From a virus (taxonomy: Duplodnaviria; Caudoviricetes): a stretch of DNA of 34,067 nt. Location of the stretch: the IMG/VR virus record IMGVR_UViG_3300021959_000189, positions 1-34,067 of that record; one strand, given 5' to 3'. A program made the position numbers and the translations under genes. A model generated the notes under the pieces. That model saw only the letters and a program-made list of their open reading frames with translations, was not told the DNA's origin and did no database searches. Below are positions 14,665 to 24,978 of this stretch, piece after piece (position 1 is the first letter of the stretch; the number at the start of each line of letters is the position of its first letter).

Positions 14665-17108
14665 TCTGAAAGAACCTCGGCTGGAGTTTCACCTGGCGCC
14701 CACCAATATTCTTGTCCAAATTCTTTGTATCTTTTAGTCCGTATAGCGTTTAGGCTATATTGATACTCTGGATCAGCCATTACCCTAATGTTATCTAGTA
14801 TAGAGTTAGAGAATAACTGTAGTTGCCAAGGATCAGGAGCAAGGTTTTTCTTAACAAATGAAGCTGCTTCACCAAGTACATTAGTTTCTTCGTTTAACAC
14901 TGCTTCGCGTATATTGCCTATTGTTAACTTGTAAGTATCATTAGTTAAACCAGCCATAGGGCCAAGCAAAGTTTCAACGAACCCACGGCCAAACTTATCT
15001 ACATCAGATACAACATAATCTGCAAACAAACTACCTGAGCCTCCTTGTATAAATGCTGTTACCCAATCTGATGGATCATCCATAGGTCTTGGCTCTCGCC
15101 CTGCCGCTAGGTCTTTAATCTGCAATGCCAAAGCGCCCATAACTGTAGTGCTTGTAGCTAATGCGCCCAGATATGCCATTCTCCCTCCACCAGACGTTTG
15201 GTTCCAGCCTCTCATTAAATGAGTTGTAGCCATAGTAATAGGAAATGATTTAATCATCATTACAGATCGAGCCGCTTGACCAGCAACAGTGCCTCTTTCT
15301 GTTCCCATAGTAGCAATAGCTCGCACTCTAGCATCAGGCGTAGGCACAGCGTAGTCAGTTTCAGCTAGTATCATCGAGTGAAACTTCATGCTGTCATCTT
15401 TGGTAAGATCAGCAAACTTTGATCCGCGTATATCTAGCTGGTCAGTGGCGCGAAAACTATCCCATTCAGCTTTATTGATCTGGTAAGTAGAGAATATAGA
15501 CCGCATAGACTCGTCAAGTTCATCAAACTGCTTGCCAAAGTTGTCTGCAAGCATAGCTGAAAACTCCATACCAAATGCTTTGCGCCCTGATTCTGTCCAT
15601 GATTCTAGGCCAGATGCCCGTAATACTGCCTCTGCGCCTTTAGCCGTCTTGCCTGTTCCATAGGTATCTGTATGTCTGTTACCTGCATGCGCTCTGCCTA
15701 ACCAGTTCTCAAAGATTAAACCCATACGAGCAGCAGCAATTCTATCTGCTTCATTAGCAGGGTTCATAAGACTTATTTGCCGCTTCCACACCTTAGCTAC
15801 AGACATATTATTGTACCTAGCAGTCAACGCTAAAGTAGCTACATCAGTAACAGAAGCTAATGCTGCGCCACCTAGTTTACTGCCTATTTGCACGTTCCTA
15901 ACAGCCTGCATACTATCTGCTAAGGTAGTAAGCTCACCATTATTTATATCACCACTAATAACCTTATAGACCGCATCTGCCATAGCTAGGTTCTTATCTT
16001 TAACAGGAACTCCACGATTGTTTTGTAGCTTCTGAGCTTCGTTCTTTAATACTTGATAGGTTTGCTTAGGATTAGTGCCAAACACGCGCATAAGGGCTGT
16101 GTCGTGTGACATCATGTTAATATAGTCTGTTAAGGTTGTTAAAATGTCACCTTTACCAAATCTATTTTGATAGTCTAACCATGTCTCTGCATCTTTAAAG
16201 TACAAGAATCTGCGCTCAGAACCTTTGCGTGACAATTTAGTACCTAAGTTTGGCACAGTAAAATCCTTAGCTTTGTTTAACCCGCCTGTAGTAATGCTTT
16301 CGTAAACATACTTCATAGCGTCTTCAAAATTAAGATCACTAAGCTGCCTGCCTTGGTCATCAACCATTAGGTCACGGTCAAGTTTGTCATCAATAAATGC
16401 TCTCCACTCTTCGTATCCAGCATCTTTAATTGTTTTTAAATCATGGTGTTGCGGCAACAACCAATTTTCGTTCTTAGATATACTGCCGCCATTGCGGTTA
16501 AACTCTGCATTCATTGTGTCAACAATGTCTAGCCACTGCTGTGCAGCCTTATTAATTGCAGGGTCAGTAGATTGCACATCATACAAAGCTCTAACAAATC
16601 CTCGTAAAGATTCTTCATCTTGAGATAAACCAAAAAGCCTAGTTCTAAACAAAGACAATGTGTCAGCCCATTTAGCGTTATACTGCGATACATACCCTTT
16701 AGCCAGTATGTCTACATTTAAATATGTGCCTTTGCCTGATATGTCCTTAGTCATCAACGCCATAAGTCCAGTCATAGCATTATTTGAGCCATGATTTTTA
16801 ATATGTTCATACGCAGATGCAACACGAACAGCCTGTATAGCACGCTCACGCTTTTCCCTAGTAAGGTTTTTAACTAAGTTAGATACAGCGTCTTCTGGGT
16901 CTGCTGCTGCTAGTATTTCTTGACCAACCTTATTGCTAATTCTGCCTGCTTGTACAGCAACATCAACACACTTGCTATATGAGCCGTGTATAGGGTCTAT
17001 GTTTTTAGCTTTAGGGTCTGTAGCCTTTGCTGTTTTTGCTTGACCTTGTTTTGATTCAATACCAGCATCTGCTAATACTTGTTCTGTAGGTGACTTAGCC
17101 AATTGCAC
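14661..17108 (-). CDS. Internal virion (DNA ejection) protein, large
   Basis: Large helical protein, last of four between nozzle and fibre, with Gly/Ala-rich amphipathic C-terminal helices; assigned by synteny. Confidence 0.65.
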   Translation of the reverse strand: MQLAKSPTEQVLADAGIESKQGQAKTAKATDPKAKNIDPIHGSYSKCVDVAVQAGRISNKVGQEILAAADPEDAVSNLVKNLTREKRERAIQAVRVASAYEHIKNHGSNNAMTGLMALMTKDISGKGTYLNVDILAKGYVSQYNAKWADTLSLFRTRLFGLSQDEESLRGFVRALYDVQSTDPAINKAAQQWLDIVDTMNAEFNRNGGSISKNENWLLPQHHDLKTIKDAGYEEWRAFIDDKLDRDLMVDDQGRQLSDLNFEDAMKYVYESITTGGLNKAKDFTVPNLGTKLSRKGSERRFLYFKDAETWLDYQNRFGKGDILTTLTDYINMMSHDTALMRVFGTNPKQTYQVLKNEAQKLQNNRGVPVKDKNLAMADAVYKVISGDINNGELTTLADSMQAVRNVQIGSKLGGAALASVTDVATLALTARYNNMSVAKVWKRQISLMNPANEADRIAAARMGLIFENWLGRAHAGNRHTDTYGTGKTAKGAEAVLRASGLESWTESGRKAFGMEFSAMLADNFGKQFDELDESMRSIFSTYQINKAEWDSFRATDQLDIRGSKFADLTKDDSMKFHSMILAETDYAVPTPDARVRAIATMGTERGTVAGQAARSVMMIKSFPITMATTHLMRGWNQTSGGGRMAYLGALATSTTVMGALALQIKDLAAGREPRPMDDPSDWVTAFIQGGSGSLFADYVVSDVDKFGRGFVETLLGPMAGLTNDTYKLTIGNIREAVLNEETNVLGEAASFVKKNLAPDPWQLQLFSNSILDNIRVMADPEYQYSLNAIRTKRYKEFGQEYWWAPGETPAEVLSE

Positions 17109-18864
17109 ATACCCTCACTGATTCAACACCTTCTATTTGATCGTCTAATGCTTTCATAGCATCATCAGCATCAACCAACTTGCCATCTACCACTATTTTT
17201 TTAACTTCTAATGCTTCAAAGTTAGCCAGGTCTCTATCGTAATCTTTAGCCAATCCTTCCGCATCTAGCTGTTCGCGCTGCATTACAGTTCTTGTAGCTT
17301 TAGGGGCTGGAGGATCAAGCTCAACTACATAGTCATCATATTCTTTTGTTGGCGCATTCATGCGCTGCTCAAACTTATGATTAGCTACCAACATATCAAT
17401 GTCTTTTTGTATGTTAGTGTTAATAGCATTTCGATAATAACGCTCTAAAGCCATTGGTTCTGACAAAGCCTGAAGCTCATCTACTTGATCTTGCAATTGT
17501 TTTGCCTGTATTTCAGCCTCTGCGTTTGCTAACTTTTTAGGACTAAATCGCATTAAGTCCATTACAAAGTCTATAGCGTCATTAGCCTGCATATCATCGC
17601 TAAAACCAGCTTCTCGCAATCTTTCTGCCAACATGTCTGGATCACGACCACCTTTTTTCCTAAACAATGGACTACCAAACACTTGTTTTAGCTCTTTGCT
17701 TTGCATGTCTTTAGGATCAATGCCTTCCCGTAGCCACCTTTCTTTATTAAGGCCACCTTCTTTAGCAATAATGCTTATCCAGGTAGGATTTTCTTTTAGT
17801 ATTTTAGTGCGCTCAGTATCTAACGCTTTAATTGACGCTGATTGCACATTAAGTAAATTAGCGTATTCGCCTTTAACGCCAAGTTGAAAATCATCATAAG
17901 CCTGCAACGCTATGTCTTCTACTCTAGGCGCTTCTTTTGCCTTCTGAGCAGTTATTTGTTGGTACATGCGATCTATAACATTAAGAGACTCATCCTCTGG
18001 AGATGGCTTGTATTTAGCTTCTATGGCTACTGCTTGCTCTAACCTTTGCTTGTCTGCCGTAAGTTTAGCAATTGCTGCTACATCTACGTCATCTGCGGTC
18101 ATAGCAACAACAAGTTTCTCGTCTATATCGTTAACAGCTTGAGATATAGGCTTTAAAGAAACAAACTCTTGGGACTTTTCTATTACTCGTCTAAAGTACC
18201 CAGATAACCCTCCTACTGCACCACCAATTAATGCAGAGCCAGCAGCAACACTAGCAACAGCTATAGCCGCATCTCGAAACTCGTAAGGCGAATTAATGTC
18301 ATGTTTATGCTGATACACCAATGGTTGTATAGCAAGCTCAGAAGCTACACCTACAGCAGCGGCATTTCTGCCTGTCATCAAAGCATTACTTAGTACGCTC
18401 ATGCCTTTGTATGCTGTACCTAACCCTATAGGCAATGTAGCTATATTGATAGGATCAAGCATATATCCTGACATGCTGCCTAAAAATTGACCAATGCCAT
18501 TGCCACGCGCTAGTACATCATCATTTACTTCTCTACGTTTACGCAATATTTCATTGCGCTCATCGTATAATTCGCTATCTGATTTAATTAAACCTGTATC
18601 ACTCGCAATGCGATCATAATTAATAGAGCCGCCATCATCAGTGTATGGTTGCAAATCAAACCCGTCATTCGTCATGTCGAACAATTGTTGATTCCTGTCT
18701 TCATAACCTTGGCGATTAAGTAGACTAGATACAGATAAGCCTTCATCTATTGCGTAATCAAAACCAGCAGAAAACGATTCCGTAAAAGTAGGAGCGCGTT
18801 GATACCCACTTAAATCAAGTGTTTCGTAAAAATCGCGTTCATCTTGCGGATTAAGTAACGGCAT
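17095..18864 (-). CDS. Internal virion (DNA ejection) protein
   Basis: Hydrophobic Gly/Ala helices (GQFLGSM...DPIN); assigned by synteny. Confidence 0.6.
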   Translation of the reverse strand: MPLLNPQDERDFYETLDLSGYQRAPTFTESFSAGFDYAIDEGLSVSSLLNRQGYEDRNQQLFDMTNDGFDLQPYTDDGGSINYDRIASDTGLIKSDSELYDERNEILRKRREVNDDVLARGNGIGQFLGSMSGYMLDPINIATLPIGLGTAYKGMSVLSNALMTGRNAAAVGVASELAIQPLVYQHKHDINSPYEFRDAAIAVASVAAGSALIGGAVGGLSGYFRRVIEKSQEFVSLKPISQAVNDIDEKLVVAMTADDVDVAAIAKLTADKQRLEQAVAIEAKYKPSPEDESLNVIDRMYQQITAQKAKEAPRVEDIALQAYDDFQLGVKGEYANLLNVQSASIKALDTERTKILKENPTWISIIAKEGGLNKERWLREGIDPKDMQSKELKQVFGSPLFRKKGGRDPDMLAERLREAGFSDDMQANDAIDFVMDLMRFSPKKLANAEAEIQAKQLQDQVDELQALSEPMALERYYRNAINTNIQKDIDMLVANHKFEQRMNAPTKEYDDYVVELDPPAPKATRTVMQREQLDAEGLAKDYDRDLANFEALEVKKIVVDGKLVDADDAMKALDDQIEGVESVRVCAIG

Positions 18865-21063
18865 TTATTTGTCTCGCGCCAGAGTCATAGTGCTAGTTAA
18901 CTTTCTGCGGTTTACATAGTCTTGATACGCTTCGCCTTGCTCATTGCCTTTCATGTCTGCAATTGTTTGCTCATTTACAGTAAATACAACAGGATCACCA
19001 TACTCATCAGTAATAACGCCACCGCCTTTATGGTAAACAACATACTGATCTGCGCCAGCAATAGCTTTAATTTGGCCGCCTTTTACAACATCTTCCATAC
19101 CGTATGTTTCACGATATGGTGTAAATGCAGTTGTAAACGATAATCCTATATCAACATCTTCTTGGTAAACACCTTCACGCTCTAGCTGGTCTAATGTCAT
19201 CAATGAAAAATAAGCATCTAAGTCTGCTCCACTAACATTTTGAGGCAATTGTGTTTGATGGCCTCGTATAGAGCTTATGCCGCCAGTAACAGCTTGGATA
19301 GACTGTGCAAATAAAGCAGAGTTATATATGTCCCCTGGGTTCATGCCGTAATAATAATTAAGCGCAGTGTCTAATACATCTCGCTTATCACGACTGCCAT
19401 AAACATTGCCAACTATTTTGTCAAAGTCTTGTTGGTATCTATCTGATGCCTTTAGAGGGTAATGTAATTTTTGAGCAACTTGTTCTTGGCCTCTAAACAC
19501 AACATCCATTACTTGCGGATTACCCAGCGCAGCAACTTGTGCAAACACGCCTTGATTGTTTCCAGCAATTTGCCCAAATGAAGCAGAGTCTGGCCCTAAT
19601 ATACCTACAATTTTAGTCTTTTGCTCCGATGTAGCATCTGATATTAAAGCAGACAATACTGCTGCTTCAGATGGCTCAAACGGGCTAATAGTTATGCCAT
19701 AGTGCTCTGACATCTCTCTAGCTTGTTTAACTCTTGTTTGATAATTAGCCTGATTGATAGCATATTCATCTTCTGGTGTAGATGGGTCATCAACTAATAT
19801 AGTTGGATCAAAGTCTACATACTCATCTTTAGGGATAATACCTTGCTGTTTAGCAAACAAAATACCGTCAGTTTGCACTTGCCGTTTTACGTTGTCATTA
19901 GCTTTAACTAAGGCAGCATACTTTTCTGCACTATCTAACGAGCCATTTTCTTTAATATTAGCAAGCATTTCGGCTTGAGCGTCTTTAGACAAGATAGAGA
20001 ATGTACCTATTTCTTGCACTAACTCTAATTTTGCTTCTAATTCAGGGTTTCCCTTAACAGATTCTGTTATGTCTGCTGTTACTTCTGGACTTATTTCCAT
20101 GCCTGTGGCTACTGCTGTTACATAGTTATTAACTTTTTTAGTTAATTCTTTTGTAGCAGCTTTATTTTGTGCAGATAACCTAGTGTTTTTGCGGGTTAAT
20201 GCTTGTTGTGCTGATGTCTCGAATAAGCGCAAAGCATCACGATCATAACCTTTAGGCAACTTGCCAGATACAATGCTATCTAACTCCTGCATAGCAGCAG
20301 GTACACCATCTTTTTCTGCTATTCTATTAATGCTACCCAGCCAATTACTTTCAATAACCTTGTTACTAACTGACTTTTTAAGTGAGTCTAGCTTAATAGC
20401 GTACTTAGGATCAGCAGCAGCTAATGCGTCCATCTCTGGGAACAATAATGCAAGTTCAGAGTTAGCAGCAGCTAAATTTCCTGAATATGCTAATTCATTA
20501 ATGCCCGTCAAACTATTATTAATGTTAGCCGTTAACGTGTTTATGTTAGCTGCATGTGTTTTCTTTTGAAACTCTTCTGTTAAAGAAGTGTTATATGCTT
20601 GAATGCGGCCCTGAATAGTTGAATCAAGTTGGGGTTGTATAGTTAAAGGAGCGCTAGAGATTGTAGCCTGAGCATAAGCATTAGCAGCATCAATAAAAGC
20701 AGCAGGATCATCTTTATATTCTATACTTAAATCATTAAGTCTTTGCTTACTATCAGCATTGCGCTGCGATAACTGTGTATTGCTTACTGTTGCATTATAC
20801 GCTGTACCACCCCAAGCTAAGGGGCTAACTGGAGCTACCGTGTCATAAGTAATAGTCCCATCTTCTGCTTCTTTCCTAGCAGCTTGGACATCTGCTATTG
20901 CCTTCTCAGGAGCCTTAGCTGTAGCCAGTTTCTCGCCTATTGCAGTAGATACGTCCAACACATCGCCAGCAAACCCAGCCAATGCCTGCATTCTTTTGAT
21001 ACCAGAAGTGTCTACGCCCGTAGGAGTGAAGCCGCCATATCTTTTAATTGGTTGCATCGCCAT
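18865..21063 (-). CDS. Internal virion (DNA ejection) protein
   Basis: Ala/Gln-rich helical 732-aa protein; assigned by synteny. Confidence 0.6.
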   Translation of the reverse strand: MAMQPIKRYGGFTPTGVDTSGIKRMQALAGFAGDVLDVSTAIGEKLATAKAPEKAIADVQAARKEAEDGTITYDTVAPVSPLAWGGTAYNATVSNTQLSQRNADSKQRLNDLSIEYKDDPAAFIDAANAYAQATISSAPLTIQPQLDSTIQGRIQAYNTSLTEEFQKKTHAANINTLTANINNSLTGINELAYSGNLAAANSELALLFPEMDALAAADPKYAIKLDSLKKSVSNKVIESNWLGSINRIAEKDGVPAAMQELDSIVSGKLPKGYDRDALRLFETSAQQALTRKNTRLSAQNKAATKELTKKVNNYVTAVATGMEISPEVTADITESVKGNPELEAKLELVQEIGTFSILSKDAQAEMLANIKENGSLDSAEKYAALVKANDNVKRQVQTDGILFAKQQGIIPKDEYVDFDPTILVDDPSTPEDEYAINQANYQTRVKQAREMSEHYGITISPFEPSEAAVLSALISDATSEQKTKIVGILGPDSASFGQIAGNNQGVFAQVAALGNPQVMDVVFRGQEQVAQKLHYPLKASDRYQQDFDKIVGNVYGSRDKRDVLDTALNYYYGMNPGDIYNSALFAQSIQAVTGGISSIRGHQTQLPQNVSGADLDAYFSLMTLDQLEREGVYQEDVDIGLSFTTAFTPYRETYGMEDVVKGGQIKAIAGADQYVVYHKGGGVITDEYGDPVVFTVNEQTIADMKGNEQGEAYQDYVNRRKLTSTMTLARDK

Positions 21064-21065
21064 GT

Positions 21066-21479
21066 TTAACCAAACTCCGTATCGTATGCTCGCTTTGTTT
21101 TTTCGCCACCTTTAAGGAGTGTAGATGCAGCGCCCATGTACGCACCTGCTTTAGCAGCTTTACCTTCACGAATAGTTTGCGCTCTTGCCAGCTTACCACT
21201 AAGGGAAATCATGCCTTCACTTTGGCCCCTTGTCTTTGCGCCTTCTAAAGCAATACTAGCTTGTGTTCCTTCTGCTGCAATGCCACTAGCAGCCATAGCT
21301 GCAACTGCCGCTGCCTGCTGTCTGTTTAACTCTTCTCTACGAGCTAACTCCTCTGACTCGGCCTGTATCTTCATTTGCCTTGCCTGCTCTTTAGCAGCGT
21401 CTTCTGCCGCCTTACCAGCTTGAACCTGGCCATAAGCCCCAACCGCAGTGCTTACCGCAGCTAATATAGTGAAAATCAT
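21066..21479 (-). CDS. Small internal virion protein (gp14-like)
   Basis: Hydrophobic N-terminus, Ala/Gln coiled coil and AASG motif; directly after the nozzle. Confidence 0.7.
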   Translation of the reverse strand: MIFTILAAVSTAVGAYGQVQAGKAAEDAAKEQARQMKIQAESEELARREELNRQQAAAVAAMAASGIAAEGTQASIALEGAKTRGQSEGMISLSGKLARAQTIREGKAAKAGAYMGAASTLLKGGEKTKRAYDTEFG

Positions 21480-24103
21480 GACGATTCAACCTCGTACTCT
21501 ATTGCTTGTAAATGGATAGGGGCAGGGTCTGGTACTGTAATCTCAGGTACTACGTCAATACCCCAGCCTTTACCACCATTGTTGTCTTGTATAATACCAG
21601 TTCTAACCTCAAACGGTGTACCTAACGGGCTATCATTGGTGTCACCAAAGTTCCTAACAGCTACAGGGTTGCCGTCTATGTAGATACCAGCACTCTTGTA
21701 CATGCGTAGGTTCATGCGGTTAATGCGTTTCTCTCGCATAGCATTCTGTGCGCTGGCCTGTGAGCTAGTGTTTAGAGGCATAGGTACAATCTTAGGCACA
21801 AAGTTAAGTCCTATCTCTAGGTCTAAGTTACCACCTGACAACTCTTCTGCTGTGAGAGTAATAGTGCCTGTACCAGATACAACACGCTTATCTAAGTTGT
21901 TACCGTTACCAATAACACTTACTGTTGCTCCGTTAAGATGCTGATGGCCTAGGCTAACTGTTGTACTGCTTTGGTTTGTTAGCTTGATAGAGGAGTCGAG
22001 TAAGTAGTCAAAGCTCCAGCGATCTAGTGAGTATCTAAAGTTAACGCCTGATGTGATAAACCGACTAATAACATATAGCTCATTCTTTACTACAGAGGCA
22101 GATACTAAGAATCTTGATGCTTCAACACCACCAATAACGTAGCCACTCTTAGCGTTTGTGTACCGTGTAAAGCCGTTAATGTCTTGTGCGCGTACAGTGT
22201 TGAGTACAGCAGCATTGCCGTCCTCATTGATAATAAACACCCAATTAGAGTCTTCTGACGTTGTGCCAGACAATACAGCTACATCAAATGGGTTAGCAAT
22301 CAACTGTGAAGACAGCACAGATATGTCATTAGACGTATAAGCATCCTCATTGAAGTTAAACACAAACTGCCGTAATGTCTGACCATTTTGGTCAACAAAT
22401 AGCGTAGCACCATCTAAGGACTTAGCCTCTAGGTATCCAGAGCCATGCTGTGTCTGAGATACAATGTTGATAGTAGATGGCGTATTACCCTTAACTAAGA
22501 ACTCTGCACCAGTAGTAAACACTTGTAGCCCACGATCAGAGTTAACATCTACGATCTCTGTCTGTGTCCTAGCAGTAAGTGTGACAAAGATACCTTCATC
22601 ATCATCACCTTCTTTAAAAAAGAAATCAAAAAAAGAGCCTGACTTAGACGCAAATAGGCTTTGCTGTTTAGACCTAGTGCCGCCTAGCCACAGTCTGCCA
22701 CCGTGGAATGTACCCATCTTTGGATAGCCGCGTGTAGCACTCCATACATCCTCTTTGCGTGGAGAACCTTGAGTAGTAGTGCCAAACGTAACCTCATTAA
22801 CTGTTCCTTGAATGTTTGACGTTGGGAATGCCGACCATGCTTCAAATGAATTTGCTGACTCGCCAGAAGCAGTAATGACAAAATTACTATTGTTAGTAGA
22901 AGTAACCCCTACGCCCGTTTCACCAAACACAGGCATAGCTTGCAGGTTTCTTTCTATGTTAGCAGACGATGAACTAGCACTACCTGTAATAGTAATAGGT
23001 TTACTTAACACACCTTCAACATCTATTTGTAATCTATCACCTGGAGAAAAATGACCTAAAGTCATTGTTGTCTGATAGGTTGTAGGTGTAGGGCTTTGTG
23101 CGTCATCATAATCAAACTGCGGCACATTCAAAAACGGTATGTCGTCAATAGCAAATGAGCTAGACGAATCAACTCCATCGTTAATAATGCGCTTAGGTGG
23201 ATGTTCCTCATGGAACAATAGCATGACATTCTCTGTCTGTACGTCACGCACCCTAGCAATCTGGTTAAAGTCATAGGGTAGAGGCAGGTTAGCTATTAAC
23301 ACAGTATCTGTAATTGTACCGTGCGGGATACGGTAAACAGCTAGGTTGCCAAAAGAAGGCGGGTTAGTCGGGCTTACAGTGCCTGATGATGGCGCTCCAC
23401 CAGTAGCCACGCACAAGTAGTGCCTGTCAGTCTCAATGCTAAAGTCAAACGTTTTAACGTCAGAGAAGCTCAGGTTGTCGTATATGACATTTAACTCAGT
23501 CAGTTCGACCTTCTGTGAGCCTAGATCACCTGTATCACCTGTACGCACAAGACGCACATACGGTGTAGCTATAGTATCTGTAATCTTAGTTCTTAATGAT
23601 GTAGGTACAGACGTTACTGTAATGCTTGCGCGATCAGTCCAAGCAGTGCCGTTAGACGATGTTTGCACCTTGAACACAGACGTATTAGTGTTAACTAATG
23701 TTAGCTGTATGTTCTGCACATCAATAAAGGCTATGCCTGTAGTAGTGCTAGTTAAATCATACTGAGCAACAATATAATCAGCATTTGAGCCTGTGCCTAA
23801 AACGCCAATGTTAGTTGTAGTAGTACCCTTAGTAGTGTCACTAAAGTCGTTTAGATTAGCTGGTGTGCCGCCACGGGGCATGGTTGCCGTCAACTGGCTA
23901 GTAAGATATGCGCCCATAATGTTTATAGGCTTATCAATATGCTCTGTGCCTGGCCGTCTTTTAAGACCACCCTGCGGTACAATCACTACATTCTCAGCAG
24001 TCTCTACGCCAGCATAGTATTGATTAAGGTCTGTGCGGCCCTTTAGTAGAGGCGATAGCTCACCGCTAGTAAAGCTGCTTTGCAGGAATTGTGAATTAGC
24101 CAT
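21476..24103 (-). CDS. Tail nozzle / tail tubular protein B
   Basis: Q.SF.SGELSP....R.D...Y......N......GG..RRPG N-terminus and WS...GYP...TF...RL motif. Confidence 0.88.
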   Translation of the reverse strand: MANSQFLQSSFTSGELSPLLKGRTDLNQYYAGVETAENVVIVPQGGLKRRPGTEHIDKPINIMGAYLTSQLTATMPRGGTPANLNDFSDTTKGTTTTNIGVLGTGSNADYIVAQYDLTSTTTGIAFIDVQNIQLTLVNTNTSVFKVQTSSNGTAWTDRASITVTSVPTSLRTKITDTIATPYVRLVRTGDTGDLGSQKVELTELNVIYDNLSFSDVKTFDFSIETDRHYLCVATGGAPSSGTVSPTNPPSFGNLAVYRIPHGTITDTVLIANLPLPYDFNQIARVRDVQTENVMLLFHEEHPPKRIINDGVDSSSSFAIDDIPFLNVPQFDYDDAQSPTPTTYQTTMTLGHFSPGDRLQIDVEGVLSKPITITGSASSSSANIERNLQAMPVFGETGVGVTSTNNSNFVITASGESANSFEAWSAFPTSNIQGTVNEVTFGTTTQGSPRKEDVWSATRGYPKMGTFHGGRLWLGGTRSKQQSLFASKSGSFFDFFFKEGDDDEGIFVTLTARTQTEIVDVNSDRGLQVFTTGAEFLVKGNTPSTINIVSQTQHGSGYLEAKSLDGATLFVDQNGQTLRQFVFNFNEDAYTSNDISVLSSQLIANPFDVAVLSGTTSEDSNWVFIINEDGNAAVLNTVRAQDINGFTRYTNAKSGYVIGGVEASRFLVSASVVKNELYVISRFITSGVNFRYSLDRWSFDYLLDSSIKLTNQSSTTVSLGHQHLNGATVSVIGNGNNLDKRVVSGTGTITLTAEELSGGNLDLEIGLNFVPKIVPMPLNTSSQASAQNAMREKRINRMNLRMYKSAGIYIDGNPVAVRNFGDTNDSPLGTPFEVRTGIIQDNNGGKGWGIDVVPEITVPDPAPIHLQAIEYEVESS

Positions 24104-24660
24104 TAGTACCTCACATTAATAAATGGTTGGCTTCTAAGCGGCTCCGTTGGGTATTGTTGTGAATCAGTGTAACGTGCCATACGAGATGCGTTCTCATACT
24201 TAGCAGCGTTAACTTGTGCTGATGCAGCACTGTCCCTGATAGATGGCGCAAAGTCCATTGCTAGTGCGTACTCAATCATCTTAGCAAAGTAGACGGGCCA
24301 TTCACCTTCAGCCACATTTGCTATGTAATCAACGTACAAAGGCCCAGATGTATTAGCATACACCTTGTCGCCATAGATTCTGTATTGTATTGCAGGGTCT
24401 AACTTAACTACGTTAATCAGGTCAGCAGGAAGCTGATAGATATTCTTGTAGTCATTACCTACTGGAGTCTCGGTAGTAAGGGCTAACTGCGCTAATCGTC
24501 GAGCAAAGCCCCAGCGATACTTGGACATTTCAGCCTGTACTATGTTGTCGTACAAGTTGTTAGCTACTGTTTCTGCGCGTGTGTTACCACTTAATGATGT
24601 GACGGGCAGGTCGCCAATCAAAATCAAGGCGTTAGAAATTAACTTAATCTTCTCTGCCAT
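24103..24660 (-). CDS. Tail adaptor / tail tubular protein A
   Basis: I.NAL..IG...., W.FA, YQLPAD and WP.YF motifs. Confidence 0.85.
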   Translation of the reverse strand: MAEKIKLISNALILIGDLPVTSLSGNTRAETVANNLYDNIVQAEMSKYRWGFARRLAQLALTTETPVGNDYKNIYQLPADLINVVKLDPAIQYRIYGDKVYANTSGPLYVDYIANVAEGEWPVYFAKMIEYALAMDFAPSIRDSAASAQVNAAKYENASRMARYTDSQQYPTEPLRSQPFINVRY

Positions 24661-24672
24661 ACTAACCTCAGT

Positions 24673-24694
24673 AAGAAAGGGGGCCGTAGCCCCC
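24673..24694 (-). terminator. Intrinsic terminator after the capsid genes
   Basis: GGGGGC-tacg-GCCCCC followed by TTTCTT. Confidence 0.75.
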
Positions 24695-24702
24695 AGTCAG
24701 TT

Positions 24703-24966
24703 TTACGCTGTTACTGTTAAACCAGCAGCCGCTGTAATGCTAGTAGCGGTTTGAGTCTTGATGTAAGTCAAGTGTACTACTGGTGCTGTAGCAGTAGTGG
24801 TATCTTTACAGATAATCAAATCACCAATGCTCAACTCATTGATAGCAGCAAGAAAATAATCTGCGTTATCAATAACAGCCTTAGCATCAGTAGAAGTGTA
24901 CTGCCAAGTAGAACCACCATTTCCAGAACCGCCAATGCGGCATAAACCATCTCGTGCAAAAGCCAT
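24703..24966 (-). CDS. Capsid decoration/minor capsid protein
   Basis: Small protein (W.Y.STDA...I...YF......L..GD.I) between the capsid gene and the terminator; strong RBS. Confidence 0.65.
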   Translation of the reverse strand: MAFARDGLCRIGGSGNGGSTWQYTSTDAKAVIDNADYFLAAINELSIGDLIICKDTTTATAPVVHLTYIKTQTATSITAAAGLTVTA

Positions 24967-24978
24967 GTCTAATTCTCC

